From the NCBI GenBank assembly GCA_018824145.1, contig JAHJHC010000088.1, positions 2,696-66,695 of the forward strand: a stretch of 64,000 nucleotides of DNA, in the 5' to 3' direction. The notes under the pieces were generated by a model, which saw only the letters and a program-made list of their open reading frames with translations, was not told the DNA's origin and made no database searches. The translations under genes were made by a program, and so were the position numbers. Numbering within the stretch: the first letter of the stretch is position 1; each line of letters begins with the position of its first letter. Origin of the DNA: Candidatus Omnitrophota bacterium (GTDB taxonomy: Bacteria; Omnitrophota; Gorgyraeia; Gorgyraeales; Gorgyraeaceae). This document shows, one piece after another, positions 12,101 to 20,699 of this stretch.

Positions 12101-12148
12101 AAGGGGGAAGTCATAAAAGGTAAGATAGCAATGTCTTTAGATATTTGA
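9140..12148 (+). CDS. Fusion: radical SAM/SPASM(twitch) + B12-binding + radical SAM + C-terminal beta-rich domain
   Basis: N-terminal CNASCVFC, C...DGKMVLCCMD...CRKC, then PPWQTKMPPLGAAYL, GEGE, SRGCINRCSFC. Start at 9140 (ATGA overlap with upstream stop) preferred over 9119. Confidence 0.85.
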   Translation: MNFPKYLSIQTTSLCNASCVFCPYREMQDIFPPKIMDMNLYNKIIDECANYKNVERIILYMNNEPLTDPYLLERINYAKEKIPWANVHILTNGLLLTEEMAERLINSKLDWIGISFHGIRQETIENAMGIPFGVTLKRIDGFVERARSKKDIKEYVMITFLRHEYLTGEEKEEVIGYWKSKGIERISYFDGPVSRAGNVKRLAKTHNKGRIVGCNSIWADEMIHIVEDGKMVLCCMDWRREHVLGDLNNQSIYEIWNGERNKTWQLIYGKGDMPDGFLCRKCEEAQISEEDLLLIMTPPWQTKMPPLGAAYLSSFLRSEGFKIKVIDLNVKLHNSASEDKRSLWDISTINNFPPDKIAEKFVHEFQGELEDFIMEACNSSAKLIGFSTTIASITIAVYLAHQIKLRDPSKITIIGGPGAYWNTFDIDPKKLIDIFVVGEGELPLLEILKWSKRELSLSGLIGIPGTVICIDQQYLSFLPPNPIKRIDDIPFPDFLEFNLKDYNKEDGYKPLPLLISRGCINRCSFCIDHKMNNPFRIKDPHKVVEEMKFHVKHYDTREFEFNDLLCNGNLKQLEKICDLIIEENIDIKWSSYAAIREGMSLELCRKMYKSGCMGICYGMESASDIVLKKMNKRYDSQLAEEVIRNTHNAGIKSCINIVIGHPGETEREFRNTYEFIRRNKDYIDQVTNVSTCFVLSETDLMNNPSKFGVYFKWPLKTRWRAFIKKDGLCPNYTEYYTGPDNGPYSRARRLRRFLGLLHKENVPYLIINYIKPHNENLDEFIEADKRKRNLKYKYFELNVSEQGRCKLFCKNLELTRDVGMNASFFVNNKWIDSSTARWDVKRHNAFVDIKIRWPEFPITQHWTVKFTSRSIDWGIEIFFHEGLRIFQSKIGVMLVNKYNKYILNDSIANFPSFSTKKWQEILFSRISEIGLVSSSPFPGIVLKPKFEKEVFIQLQNSPSSLLTRMVNVCFFENSNPEGFNNDGHYFKKGEVIKGKIAMSLDI

Positions 12149-12210
12149 ACATTAAGATGCTAGTAGGTTGGTTTGCCTATAGACAAAAAAGAGATTGAGG
12201 AAATGAGAAA

Positions 12211-15200
12211 ATGAAAGAGTTCAAGGATAAGAAAGAAGTCCCTGATATATTTCTTGTAATTTCACCACCATGGGGCATAGAAGATCCTCCTTTGGGATTA
12301 GCTTGCCTTTCTACGTACCTTAAGATTAGGGGTTTTAAGCCAGAAGTGTTTGATTTTAATATTTATATGTATGACAATGCAAACCAGTCATATAAATACC
12401 TCTGGGAGATGGGAAGTGCAAACGATTGGAGAGGCAAGGGTGCATCTAACGAGATATTTTCTATCTTTAAAAAAGAAATAGATTATTGTGTAGAGAAGAT
12501 TGTTTCTTCTGGCGCTGAGATAGTAGGATTTTCTATGCTTTCTAACTCGCAGGATTTGATTACCGCGAAGATTATAAAAGAAGTTAAGACAAAGAGACCT
12601 AATATCAAGATAATTTTAGGGGGGATTTCTATCTCTGTCTCTGAGCAGAGGGCTTTCTTTGAAGCAAAGGGCAATAATTTAATCGATGCTTATATTATAG
12701 GAGAAGGAGAAGAGAGTTTATGTCAGCTATTGCAAGCCATTAAATCGGCACAATCACTTGAAGGTATTCAGGGCGTTTTAATTTATAAAGATGACAACGT
12801 AATTCACTCACCCAGGATTTTAAAGGAAAATCTTGATGAATTTCCCTTTCCAACATTTGAAGAGTTCGATTTTAATATGTATCTTAATAAAGGCAATAGT
12901 CTTGCTATGGAGTGGTCGAGAGGTTGTATCGGTCATTGTTCTTTCTGTGCCTTTAAAACATCATCATATATGTTTAGAAAAAAGTGTCCGGAGTTAATAG
13001 TTAAAACGGTAGAATATTATATTAAAAAATATAAAACTAATCATTTTTCCCTAGTAGATTCAGCTATAAACGGGGATTTAAAATATCTTGAGGAAATTTG
13101 CAATTTACTCATTAGATATAAACTAAATGTCAAATTTTCCGCTTTAGCTATCCCAAGAAGAGATATGAGCAAGAGATTATTAGGGATAATGAAAGAGGCA
13201 GGATTTATAAGAATAGAATATGGCGTGGAGAGTGGTTCGGATAAGGTCTTAAAGGAAATGAAAAAGGTTTATGCCTCAAGAGACGTTGAGAATATTATAA
13301 AAGCGACTCATGAAACAGGGATTGCAACAGTAATTTATTTGATTATAGGTTTTCCGGGGGAAGGGGAAGTCGAGTTTGCAGAGACAATTGAGTTTTTAAA
13401 GAGTAACAGTGAATATATCGATCTTGTTAAATCTATAAACCCGCTATATCTAATGGCTGGGTCGCATATTTATAAGCATCATAAGCATTATGGGATTACA
13501 TTACCAGCTGTTGACTCTGATATTAAGTGGTTTATAGGTAGAGAAAATACATACAAAATAAGAGTAGAACGGGTAAATAAAATCAGGTATCTTCTGAAAG
13601 AAATAGGTGTTAAATATCATAGTAAAGATAACCAGTTCGAACGCGAAGTGAGTTTTTCACAGGTTTCTTCAGATAGAACTTTAGACTTTTTGTTGGTCAA
13701 TTTGCCTCCCTGGTCGCAGGAAAATCCTCATATAGGGATAGGATTTTTAAGTAGTTATTTGAGGAGTAAGTCTGTTGCTCTGAAAGTGTTGGATTTAAAC
13801 AAAGCCTTTTTTATCAACAACCCGGATTTTAGAATGCTATGGCATGTAGAAAATAAAAATTTTTGGTCAAACAAAGATACATTCCCGTTAATTTTGGAAA
13901 TATTCCAAAAAGATATTGAAAAGTCCGTAGAAGATATTTTGTCTTTTGATTGTGCTGTGTTAGGTTTTTCCGTGGTCGATCCCAAAGAGAAATTAACCAT
14001 AGAGTTTATAGAAAGGATAAAAGAAAAATCCCCGGATAAAAAAATAATTTTAGGGGGACCGGCTACTTCTACTCCTGAACAGAGGAAAATATTTTTAGAT
14101 GCTGCAGGAGAAGACATAGATGTTTTTGTTGTGGGTGAAGGAGAGGAAACTTTGTTTTATTTATTAGAGATGTTTTTACGTAAGAAAGATATCAAGATAA
14201 CAGGAGAGTGCTATATAAAAAATAACGGAAGATGGGTGCATAGAGGTGTGAGACCTATGATTGCTTTGGATGGTATCCCCTTTCCTACTTATGAAGAATT
14301 TGATTTAAATTTATACGGTAAGTCTCTTTTGGTTGAATGGTCTAGAGGATGTAAAGGTAGATGCGCATTTTGTAAGAATTACAGGTTGTTTTCTATGTAC
14401 AGATTTAAACCAGCAGATTGTATAGTGCAAGAGTTGAAATATCATAAAGAAAAATACAATATATGCGAGTTTACAGTTACTGATAGTATTTTAAACGGAG
14501 ATTTAGAGAATTTAAACCAGGTGTGTAATAAGGTGATCTTGGATAACCTAAAGATAAAATGGACAGGGCAGATAGCACCTCATAAATATATGGGTTTTGA
14601 TTTTTTTAAAAAGATGAAAGAAGCTGGATGTTTTAAGCTTCAGATAGGACTGGAATCCGGATCTAATAGGGTTTTAAGGTCTATGCGAAAGACTTTTACG
14701 GCAGAAATCTCTGAAATGAACATAAGGTTTGCTAAAAAAGCTGGGATTGAAACTGAGATCTTTGTAATGGTAGGATTTCCTTCTGAGACAGAGAGAGATT
14801 TTAAGGAGACTTACAATTTTATCAGGAGAAATTCTAATTATATAGATACGATAAAATCAATTAATACCTTGCATTTGATAGCAGGGACAGATATATATGA
14901 AAACAGAGAGAAGTACGGTATTAAACCTTTGCCTGAAAAAGATTGGCATTATTTATGGGAGACTTATGATGGAAATATATATAACTTGAGAAAAGAAAAA
15001 ACGCAAAGGTTATTGGATTTGTCAAATGACTTAGGGTTGAAAGTTATGGAGGCTAATATACAAGAAGGAAAAGAAAATATAGTTGAAACAATAATAGGAA
15101 AACAAGATTTAAAAGAAAAGATCCTAATACTTAAAGAATCCGTGAATAGCTTACAAAGACTTCCGCAGAAAAGGATGATTACAAGAAGAAGTCGGAAGCT

Positions 15201-15315
15201 GTCTAGATGGCTGATCTTGATTTTCCTGTGTTTTTATACATTTTTTTATATTATTTATTTCTGGATCTATATGAAGCTTAGGAATAAGGTATTGTTGGGC
15301 GGTAGGAGAAAATAA
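12211..15315 (+). CDS. Tandem double B12-binding radical SAM protein with C-terminal transmembrane helix
   Basis: Two complete modules (PPWGIEDPPLGL...EWSRGCIGHCSFC; PPWSQENPHIGI...EWSRGCKGRCAFC). Hydrophobic tail WLILIFLCFYTFFYIIYFWIYM. Confidence 0.88.
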   Translation: MKEFKDKKEVPDIFLVISPPWGIEDPPLGLACLSTYLKIRGFKPEVFDFNIYMYDNANQSYKYLWEMGSANDWRGKGASNEIFSIFKKEIDYCVEKIVSSGAEIVGFSMLSNSQDLITAKIIKEVKTKRPNIKIILGGISISVSEQRAFFEAKGNNLIDAYIIGEGEESLCQLLQAIKSAQSLEGIQGVLIYKDDNVIHSPRILKENLDEFPFPTFEEFDFNMYLNKGNSLAMEWSRGCIGHCSFCAFKTSSYMFRKKCPELIVKTVEYYIKKYKTNHFSLVDSAINGDLKYLEEICNLLIRYKLNVKFSALAIPRRDMSKRLLGIMKEAGFIRIEYGVESGSDKVLKEMKKVYASRDVENIIKATHETGIATVIYLIIGFPGEGEVEFAETIEFLKSNSEYIDLVKSINPLYLMAGSHIYKHHKHYGITLPAVDSDIKWFIGRENTYKIRVERVNKIRYLLKEIGVKYHSKDNQFEREVSFSQVSSDRTLDFLLVNLPPWSQENPHIGIGFLSSYLRSKSVALKVLDLNKAFFINNPDFRMLWHVENKNFWSNKDTFPLILEIFQKDIEKSVEDILSFDCAVLGFSVVDPKEKLTIEFIERIKEKSPDKKIILGGPATSTPEQRKIFLDAAGEDIDVFVVGEGEETLFYLLEMFLRKKDIKITGECYIKNNGRWVHRGVRPMIALDGIPFPTYEEFDLNLYGKSLLVEWSRGCKGRCAFCKNYRLFSMYRFKPADCIVQELKYHKEKYNICEFTVTDSILNGDLENLNQVCNKVILDNLKIKWTGQIAPHKYMGFDFFKKMKEAGCFKLQIGLESGSNRVLRSMRKTFTAEISEMNIRFAKKAGIETEIFVMVGFPSETERDFKETYNFIRRNSNYIDTIKSINTLHLIAGTDIYENREKYGIKPLPEKDWHYLWETYDGNIYNLRKEKTQRLLDLSNDLGLKVMEANIQEGKENIVETIIGKQDLKEKILILKESVNSLQRLPQKRMITRRSRKLSRWLILIFLCFYTFFYIIYFWIYMKLRNKVLLGGRRK

Positions 15316-15337
15316 TCTCAAATAAACGGGGAGAGTT

Positions 15338-16285
15338 ATGACAGGAGACAAAATCAAGTTTTCAGTAGTAGTGCCTTTTTATAATGAAGAAGACAATGTA
15401 AAAATACTCCACAAGGAATTGATTTCTGCGCTGAAAGGGCATGAATATGAGTTAGTTTATGTTAATGACGGAAGCACAGATTCTACTTATTCTAGACTTA
15501 TAAAAGAGACAGAAGACCTTAAGCCGCCGCATGCAAAAATAATTAATTTCACTAAAAATCTTGGTCAGTCGTTTGCGTTCAAGGCAGGATTGGATAATAC
15601 TTCTTTTGATACAATAGTTTTTATAGACGGGGATTTACAAAATGATCCTCGCGATATCCCTTTGTTATTAGAGAAATTTCTAGAGGGATATGATTTGGCC
15701 CAGGGTATAAGGGCGAGGAGGAAGGACCCGTTTTTTTCTAAGATAGTGCCTTCAAAAATAGCCAATTTAATTTTAAGAATTTTATGCGGAAGTAAATTTA
15801 AAGATTTGGGATGTTCTTTAAAAGTATTTTCTAAAAAGATTACCGATAGATTGTTTTTTTATAAAGGGTTTCACAGGCTCCTACCCGTATATTTTTCTTT
15901 AAAAGGCGCTAAGGTTACAGAAGTAAAAGTAAACCACAGAAGTCGAAAATCAGGAAAGAGTAAATATGGATTTTCAAGGACGATAGAAGTGTTATTTGAG
16001 GTTATAAAGATAAATTTTTTCGAGAAAGGCTCAAATAATTTTATATATATTACAATAGGTGTGGGAATGACTTTGGTTATCTTAAGTTTTTTAGTGGGGT
16101 TCAATTTTATTAAATATATCAATTTATACTCCTTTATGGCCCTTCTTTCTTTTGTATTAGGGCTATATCTTTTTGTAATAGCATCAAGTCTTTATATTAT
16201 AAGGTCTTTTTATAGTTATTATCAAAAATATAAAGAATTTGATGCATATTTATTATCAGTTGTAAATTATAGTCAAAATCCCTAA
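15338..16285 (+). CDS. GT2 glycosyltransferase, polyprenol-phosphate sugar transferase (ArnC/DPM1-like)
   Basis: SVVVPFYNEE, VNDGSTD, FIDGDLQNDP, HR.R..GKSKY; two C-terminal TM helices. Confidence 0.88.
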   Translation: MTGDKIKFSVVVPFYNEEDNVKILHKELISALKGHEYELVYVNDGSTDSTYSRLIKETEDLKPPHAKIINFTKNLGQSFAFKAGLDNTSFDTIVFIDGDLQNDPRDIPLLLEKFLEGYDLAQGIRARRKDPFFSKIVPSKIANLILRILCGSKFKDLGCSLKVFSKKITDRLFFYKGFHRLLPVYFSLKGAKVTEVKVNHRSRKSGKSKYGFSRTIEVLFEVIKINFFEKGSNNFIYITIGVGMTLVILSFLVGFNFIKYINLYSFMALLSFVLGLYLFVIASSLYIIRSFYSYYQKYKEFDAYLLSVVNYSQNP

Positions 16286-16286
16286 T

Positions 16287-17756
16287 ATGATTGCTGTTGG
16301 AAAGGACAATTTTATGCAAGGAATAAAGTTTTGTTTGGTTTTCCCCCCTTATAAAGAAAGTGAAGATATCTTTTTCTTGAAAACCGCGAGAAATAATTTA
16401 GGGAAGATTCCTCCTCTTAGTTTATTGGCTGTGGCTGCAATATTAGAGAAATACGGTGCTGAGGTTAAGCTTATAGATGCAAATGCGTCAGGGCTTTCTG
16501 TAGATGAGGTGATCCAAACTGCTGTTGAATTTTCTCCTGATTTTTTGGGATTCACCTTATCTACATATCAGTTCCATTTTACCTTAGAATGGATAAGGAA
16601 GCTTCGGTCGAAAGTTGACGTTCCTGTAATAGTAGGTGGTCCTCATGCAAGAATATATCCTCGGGAGGTATTAACTCATGAGTGCATCGATTATTGTGTT
16701 ATGGGGGATGCAGAAGATATATTGCCCCAGTTGACCTATTCATTAGTCGAGAAAAAGAGCTTAACTGAAGTAGGGGGGATAGCATATAAAAATAATGAAG
16801 GAGATGTAAAGTCAAACGACTTTTCTTTGTATATTGACAGTTTAGATGGTGCCCCGTTTCCTTCGCGGCATTTATCGGACAATTCTTTATACTATTCTTT
16901 GATATCTAAATATAAAAACTTTACGGCAATGACTTCAAGCAGGGGATGTGTTTTTCAGTGCACATTTTGTGATAATCATTGTATTCCTTACAGGGCTATG
17001 AGTCCTAAGAGGGTTGTGGATGAGATGGAGATTTGCAAAAAAGATTTTGCTATAAATGAAATAGATATGTTTGACGGGGTTTTTTCTGTTAATAAAAAGA
17101 GATTGTTGGAAGTAAGCGATCAAATAGTAAAAAGAAAGCTTAAAATATATTGGTCATTTAGGACCAGGGCTGATTTGATTGATAAAGAGACGCTAACGGC
17201 ATTAAAATCAGCGGGATGTATAAGGATATATTATGGAATAGAAAGTGGTTCCGCTAAGATTTTAAAAAATATTAAGAAGAATGTGGAAATCGAAAATATT
17301 AAATATATACTGAAATTGACAAAAGGCGCAGGGATAGATACCTTTGGATATTTTATGGTTGGAAATTATGGGGAAACCTATGAGACGATCAGCGAGACTA
17401 TGGATCTAATGCTATCTCTCCCCTTGGATTACATACAGATAGCTCCGATATTTTATCCTCCTAATACTGAGGTTTATTCTGATTTAATGAAGGTAATAAA
17501 ACGGGATTATTGGAAGGACTATACCGTAGATTCCGAGTTAGAGATGGAATTCCCTATAATAGGGACTGATTTTAATAAAAGTCAAATCCATTCTATTGTC
17601 AGAAAAATGTATTTACGTTTTTATTTAAGGCCTAAATTTATTATCAAATTCATATTTAGTTTAAAATCTTTTAGCCAATTAGCACGATCGGTAAAGGCAG
17701 TTTTTGATATGGTCAGAGAATCTGTAATAGACAATTCTGCAAATAAGGAGTTTTAA
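16287..17756 (+). CDS. Cobalamin-dependent radical SAM protein
   Basis: PPLSLLAVAA, VGGPH, SRGCVFQCTFC, YGIESGS. Start may be ATG 16314. Confidence 0.88.
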   Translation: MIAVGKDNFMQGIKFCLVFPPYKESEDIFFLKTARNNLGKIPPLSLLAVAAILEKYGAEVKLIDANASGLSVDEVIQTAVEFSPDFLGFTLSTYQFHFTLEWIRKLRSKVDVPVIVGGPHARIYPREVLTHECIDYCVMGDAEDILPQLTYSLVEKKSLTEVGGIAYKNNEGDVKSNDFSLYIDSLDGAPFPSRHLSDNSLYYSLISKYKNFTAMTSSRGCVFQCTFCDNHCIPYRAMSPKRVVDEMEICKKDFAINEIDMFDGVFSVNKKRLLEVSDQIVKRKLKIYWSFRTRADLIDKETLTALKSAGCIRIYYGIESGSAKILKNIKKNVEIENIKYILKLTKGAGIDTFGYFMVGNYGETYETISETMDLMLSLPLDYIQIAPIFYPPNTEVYSDLMKVIKRDYWKDYTVDSELEMEFPIIGTDFNKSQIHSIVRKMYLRFYLRPKFIIKFIFSLKSFSQLARSVKAVFDMVRESVIDNSANKEF

Positions 17757-17788
17757 AGGATAAAGACATATCCATAGGGTTTGTTGCC

Positions 17789-19237
17789 ATGCGTAAAAAA
17801 AGAAGGATTTTATTAATAGTAATTTTTTTTATTGGGATAAGTTTACGTTTGGCTTCTTTTTCTTTTAATCAGGACAACTTGGATATGGATGATGACGAAC
17901 CTTGGTCGAGAATAAATTTAGCAATGGTCTGGCTTGAATCTGGAGAAGGGATTGTCGATTTAAATTTCAGCCCTCTTTATACTTATATGGTATCGACATT
18001 GCGGTTTTTTGATAAAAAAAATTTTATTTTACTTACACGTCTTGTAAGCCTTGTTTTCGGTAGTCTTTTTATATTTTTATATTTTAATTCAGTAGAGAAG
18101 ATATTTAATGCAAAGATAGCTTATCTTTCCGCTTTTTTTGTAGCCGTTTACCCTTTACACATTCATCTAAGCACGCTTTCTTTACCCGAGGTCATAGCTT
18201 GTTTCTTCTTATTCGCGTCTTTATTTTTTCTGCATCAATTTTTATATGTTTCGGATAGATGGACTAATCTGATTATCTCCGCATTATTTTTAACATATGC
18301 TTGTATGCTGCGATTCGAGTGTTGGCTGTTTATTTTAATATTTTCCACATGGATTTTTGTTAAACGTAAAATTTCTAAGGGGTTATTGATATTTTTGTTT
18401 TTGTCTTTAATTTTTCCTTCGGTATGGATGTTTGTGAATTATAGATATACGGGCAATCCCGTAAATTTTGTATTTATTTCGGCAGAAGCTACCAAGTATT
18501 TTATGTCTACGGAAGATTTATCGTTAAGAGATAAAATCTGGGGATGGCCCAAGGTATTGTATTATACGTTAGGCAGCCCTTTATTTATACTTTGTTGTAT
18601 GGGTTTTATCGTCCCTCTTGTTTTTAGGAAATTTAGAAATGTATTTTATTATTCATTTGCGATATTCTTTTCAATTTATATGGTTAAGTCTATTAATAAT
18701 ACTTATAGTTTCGATATTTGGAGGTATAGTTTGCCATTAGGCTTATTTTTTATTCCCTTTGCTGGTGTAATTATCTACTCATCGCCGGCTTTTTTTCAAA
18801 GAAAAAAATATTTTATAATGTTCATTTGTCTGCTTGTGTTTTTTGCTTGCATTAAAACGTCATATGTTTTTTCTAAAGGAAGTCAAGCGCCTGAAACTTT
18901 AAATAAAGTGGTGGAATGGATAAAAGCGAATATTTCTGATTCAAACAAAAGAATTTTACTGGAAATATCGCCGAGATATCCTTTGAATCACCCCTATATA
19001 GTAATAAATTCCAATCTTAAATCTTATCAGCACCTCGGATTTTTTTCTACTGGCATGGAAGAGTCTGATGAGAAGTGGGATGAATTTCTCTGTTTGCTTG
19101 GAGATGCAAATTATATACTAGTCAATAAAGAAGAAAGTTTTTTCTCTGAAATATTTTCCGAAGAAAAAGAAATCATAGAAAAGAATGTTATAAAGGTATT
19201 CGAAAATGAAGATTGGTTTATTTGTAAACTTGAATAA
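17789..19237 (+). CDS. GT-C membrane glycosyltransferase (ArnT/PMT, GT39/GT83-like)
   Basis: Polytopic; acidic DDDE after TM1, PLYTY, RLVSLVFG, RFE motif. Confidence 0.72.
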   Translation: MRKKRRILLIVIFFIGISLRLASFSFNQDNLDMDDDEPWSRINLAMVWLESGEGIVDLNFSPLYTYMVSTLRFFDKKNFILLTRLVSLVFGSLFIFLYFNSVEKIFNAKIAYLSAFFVAVYPLHIHLSTLSLPEVIACFFLFASLFFLHQFLYVSDRWTNLIISALFLTYACMLRFECWLFILIFSTWIFVKRKISKGLLIFLFLSLIFPSVWMFVNYRYTGNPVNFVFISAEATKYFMSTEDLSLRDKIWGWPKVLYYTLGSPLFILCCMGFIVPLVFRKFRNVFYYSFAIFFSIYMVKSINNTYSFDIWRYSLPLGLFFIPFAGVIIYSSPAFFQRKKYFIMFICLLVFFACIKTSYVFSKGSQAPETLNKVVEWIKANISDSNKRILLEISPRYPLNHPYIVINSNLKSYQHLGFFSTGMEESDEKWDEFLCLLGDANYILVNKEESFFSEIFSEEKEIIEKNVIKVFENEDWFICKLE

Positions 19238-20693
19238 GCGTATAATCATTGCCCTTTTGATTTTGTTTTTTTTCATAATAAGGGCATGGTTTTTTCTGAA
19301 TACCGATAATCTTTATGGAGCCATACCTTCTCAAAAAATAATTCATTCCCAGTTGATTCTGGAAAATCCATTCGATGTATGGGATGTGAACCCGTTATTA
19401 TACCCTTATCTTTTGGGCGCATGGATAAAAGTTACAAACGATATACTCGTATCTCCGCGAATTTTAAGTCTTGTGTTTTCAGTGTTAATGGTTGTGCCTT
19501 TTTTTAAGTTTTGCGAGATCTTATTTAGGGAAAAGAGAAAGGCAGTGCTGGCTACGGTTTTATTGGGTATTTTTCCTGTGCATATTATGCAAAGCGTAGT
19601 TTCCATGGAAGAAGTCTTTTTCTATTTCTTTTTATTTTTTTCGCTCTACTTTTTTTTGAAATATAAATATGAAAAACAGAATATAAAGATTTTGATTGTA
19701 TCGGCGCTTTTACTCACTATTTCTTGCGGATTTAGGTTTGAGGGATTTTTGTACCCGGCTTTACTTTTTCTCTTTCTTTTAGGAAAGGATAAAAAGCCGT
19801 GTTTGATTTTTCTGGGTATTTCTATGGCTGTTCCGGTTTTATGGGGATTAATAAGTTATGTTAAGTGGCATAATCCTTTTTCTTCGTTTTGGATACAAGA
19901 TGCCGTTGCTTCTTTGGAAATCGAATTGTACAATCAAAAATTTAAGAATGTTTTCGAAAGTGTTATGACTTGTTTACCTTTAGCCGCAATAATTTTTGGT
20001 TTTTTGGGGCTATTGGCAGGCTTAAAAAATAAAAGGTTGTCTGTTGTATATTTATGTTTCTTTGTGTTTTTAGGCATATTTACATTTAAGATATTAAACA
20101 AGGGGTTGTTGTTTCAGGAGCGGTATGTCCTGGCTTTTTCTATTTTTTTTATAATTTTCATTGCAGAAGGTGTTTATTCTATGCTTGATAGGCTTTCTAA
20201 AGTGTGGATAAGAAACTCTATTGTCGTTATTTTGTGCATGTATTATTTTTTTTATACCGCCCATTTATTTAGAGAAAATGAGTTTTTTGGAATGAAAGCA
20301 CCTGAGGAGATAAGGCATATAATTGCATTATTAAGGGATGAACAGAGAAACGATGCAATTATACTGCTGGATGTAGATATGTTTCATGAGTATCCGGAAT
20401 ATATTAATGTTTCAGCTGGATTTAGCCCAAAGAGGGCCGTAATGCCACTGGTTGAAGAAATAATGCATAGGAGACTTACGCCTGGAACCAAGAAAGAGCA
20501 TACGGAATTCGATAAGAGAATTTTGCGCCTATTAAAGGAAAAGAAGATTAATTACATCCTTTATTGTACTAAGGATGGATATTTAAAATATCTTTTTCCT
20601 TTATCGGGTGATTTGGATCAGATAGAAGGTTCTTACTATAAAAGGATTTTCAAAGGAAATATTTTTTGGTTATATAAAATATCACAGGGCTGA
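19206..20693 (+). CDS. GT-C membrane glycosyltransferase (ArnT/PMT-like), paralog of the preceding gene
   Basis: PLLYPYLLG, PRILSLVFS, P.H...S, RFEG, ERY; many TM segments. Confidence 0.7.
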   Translation: MKIGLFVNLNKRIIIALLILFFFIIRAWFFLNTDNLYGAIPSQKIIHSQLILENPFDVWDVNPLLYPYLLGAWIKVTNDILVSPRILSLVFSVLMVVPFFKFCEILFREKRKAVLATVLLGIFPVHIMQSVVSMEEVFFYFFLFFSLYFFLKYKYEKQNIKILIVSALLLTISCGFRFEGFLYPALLFLFLLGKDKKPCLIFLGISMAVPVLWGLISYVKWHNPFSSFWIQDAVASLEIELYNQKFKNVFESVMTCLPLAAIIFGFLGLLAGLKNKRLSVVYLCFFVFLGIFTFKILNKGLLFQERYVLAFSIFFIIFIAEGVYSMLDRLSKVWIRNSIVVILCMYYFFYTAHLFRENEFFGMKAPEEIRHIIALLRDEQRNDAIILLDVDMFHEYPEYINVSAGFSPKRAVMPLVEEIMHRRLTPGTKKEHTEFDKRILRLLKEKKINYILYCTKDGYLKYLFPLSGDLDQIEGSYYKRIFKGNIFWLYKISQG

Positions 20694-20699
20694 TAAATT

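Noticed and set aside
1-17756. Labelling the B12-rSAM array as hopanoid, ladderane or bacteriochlorophyll biosynthesis
   Set aside because: No squalene-hopene cyclase, fatty-acid synthesis or bch genes are in the window; motif-level similarity cannot assign a substrate.
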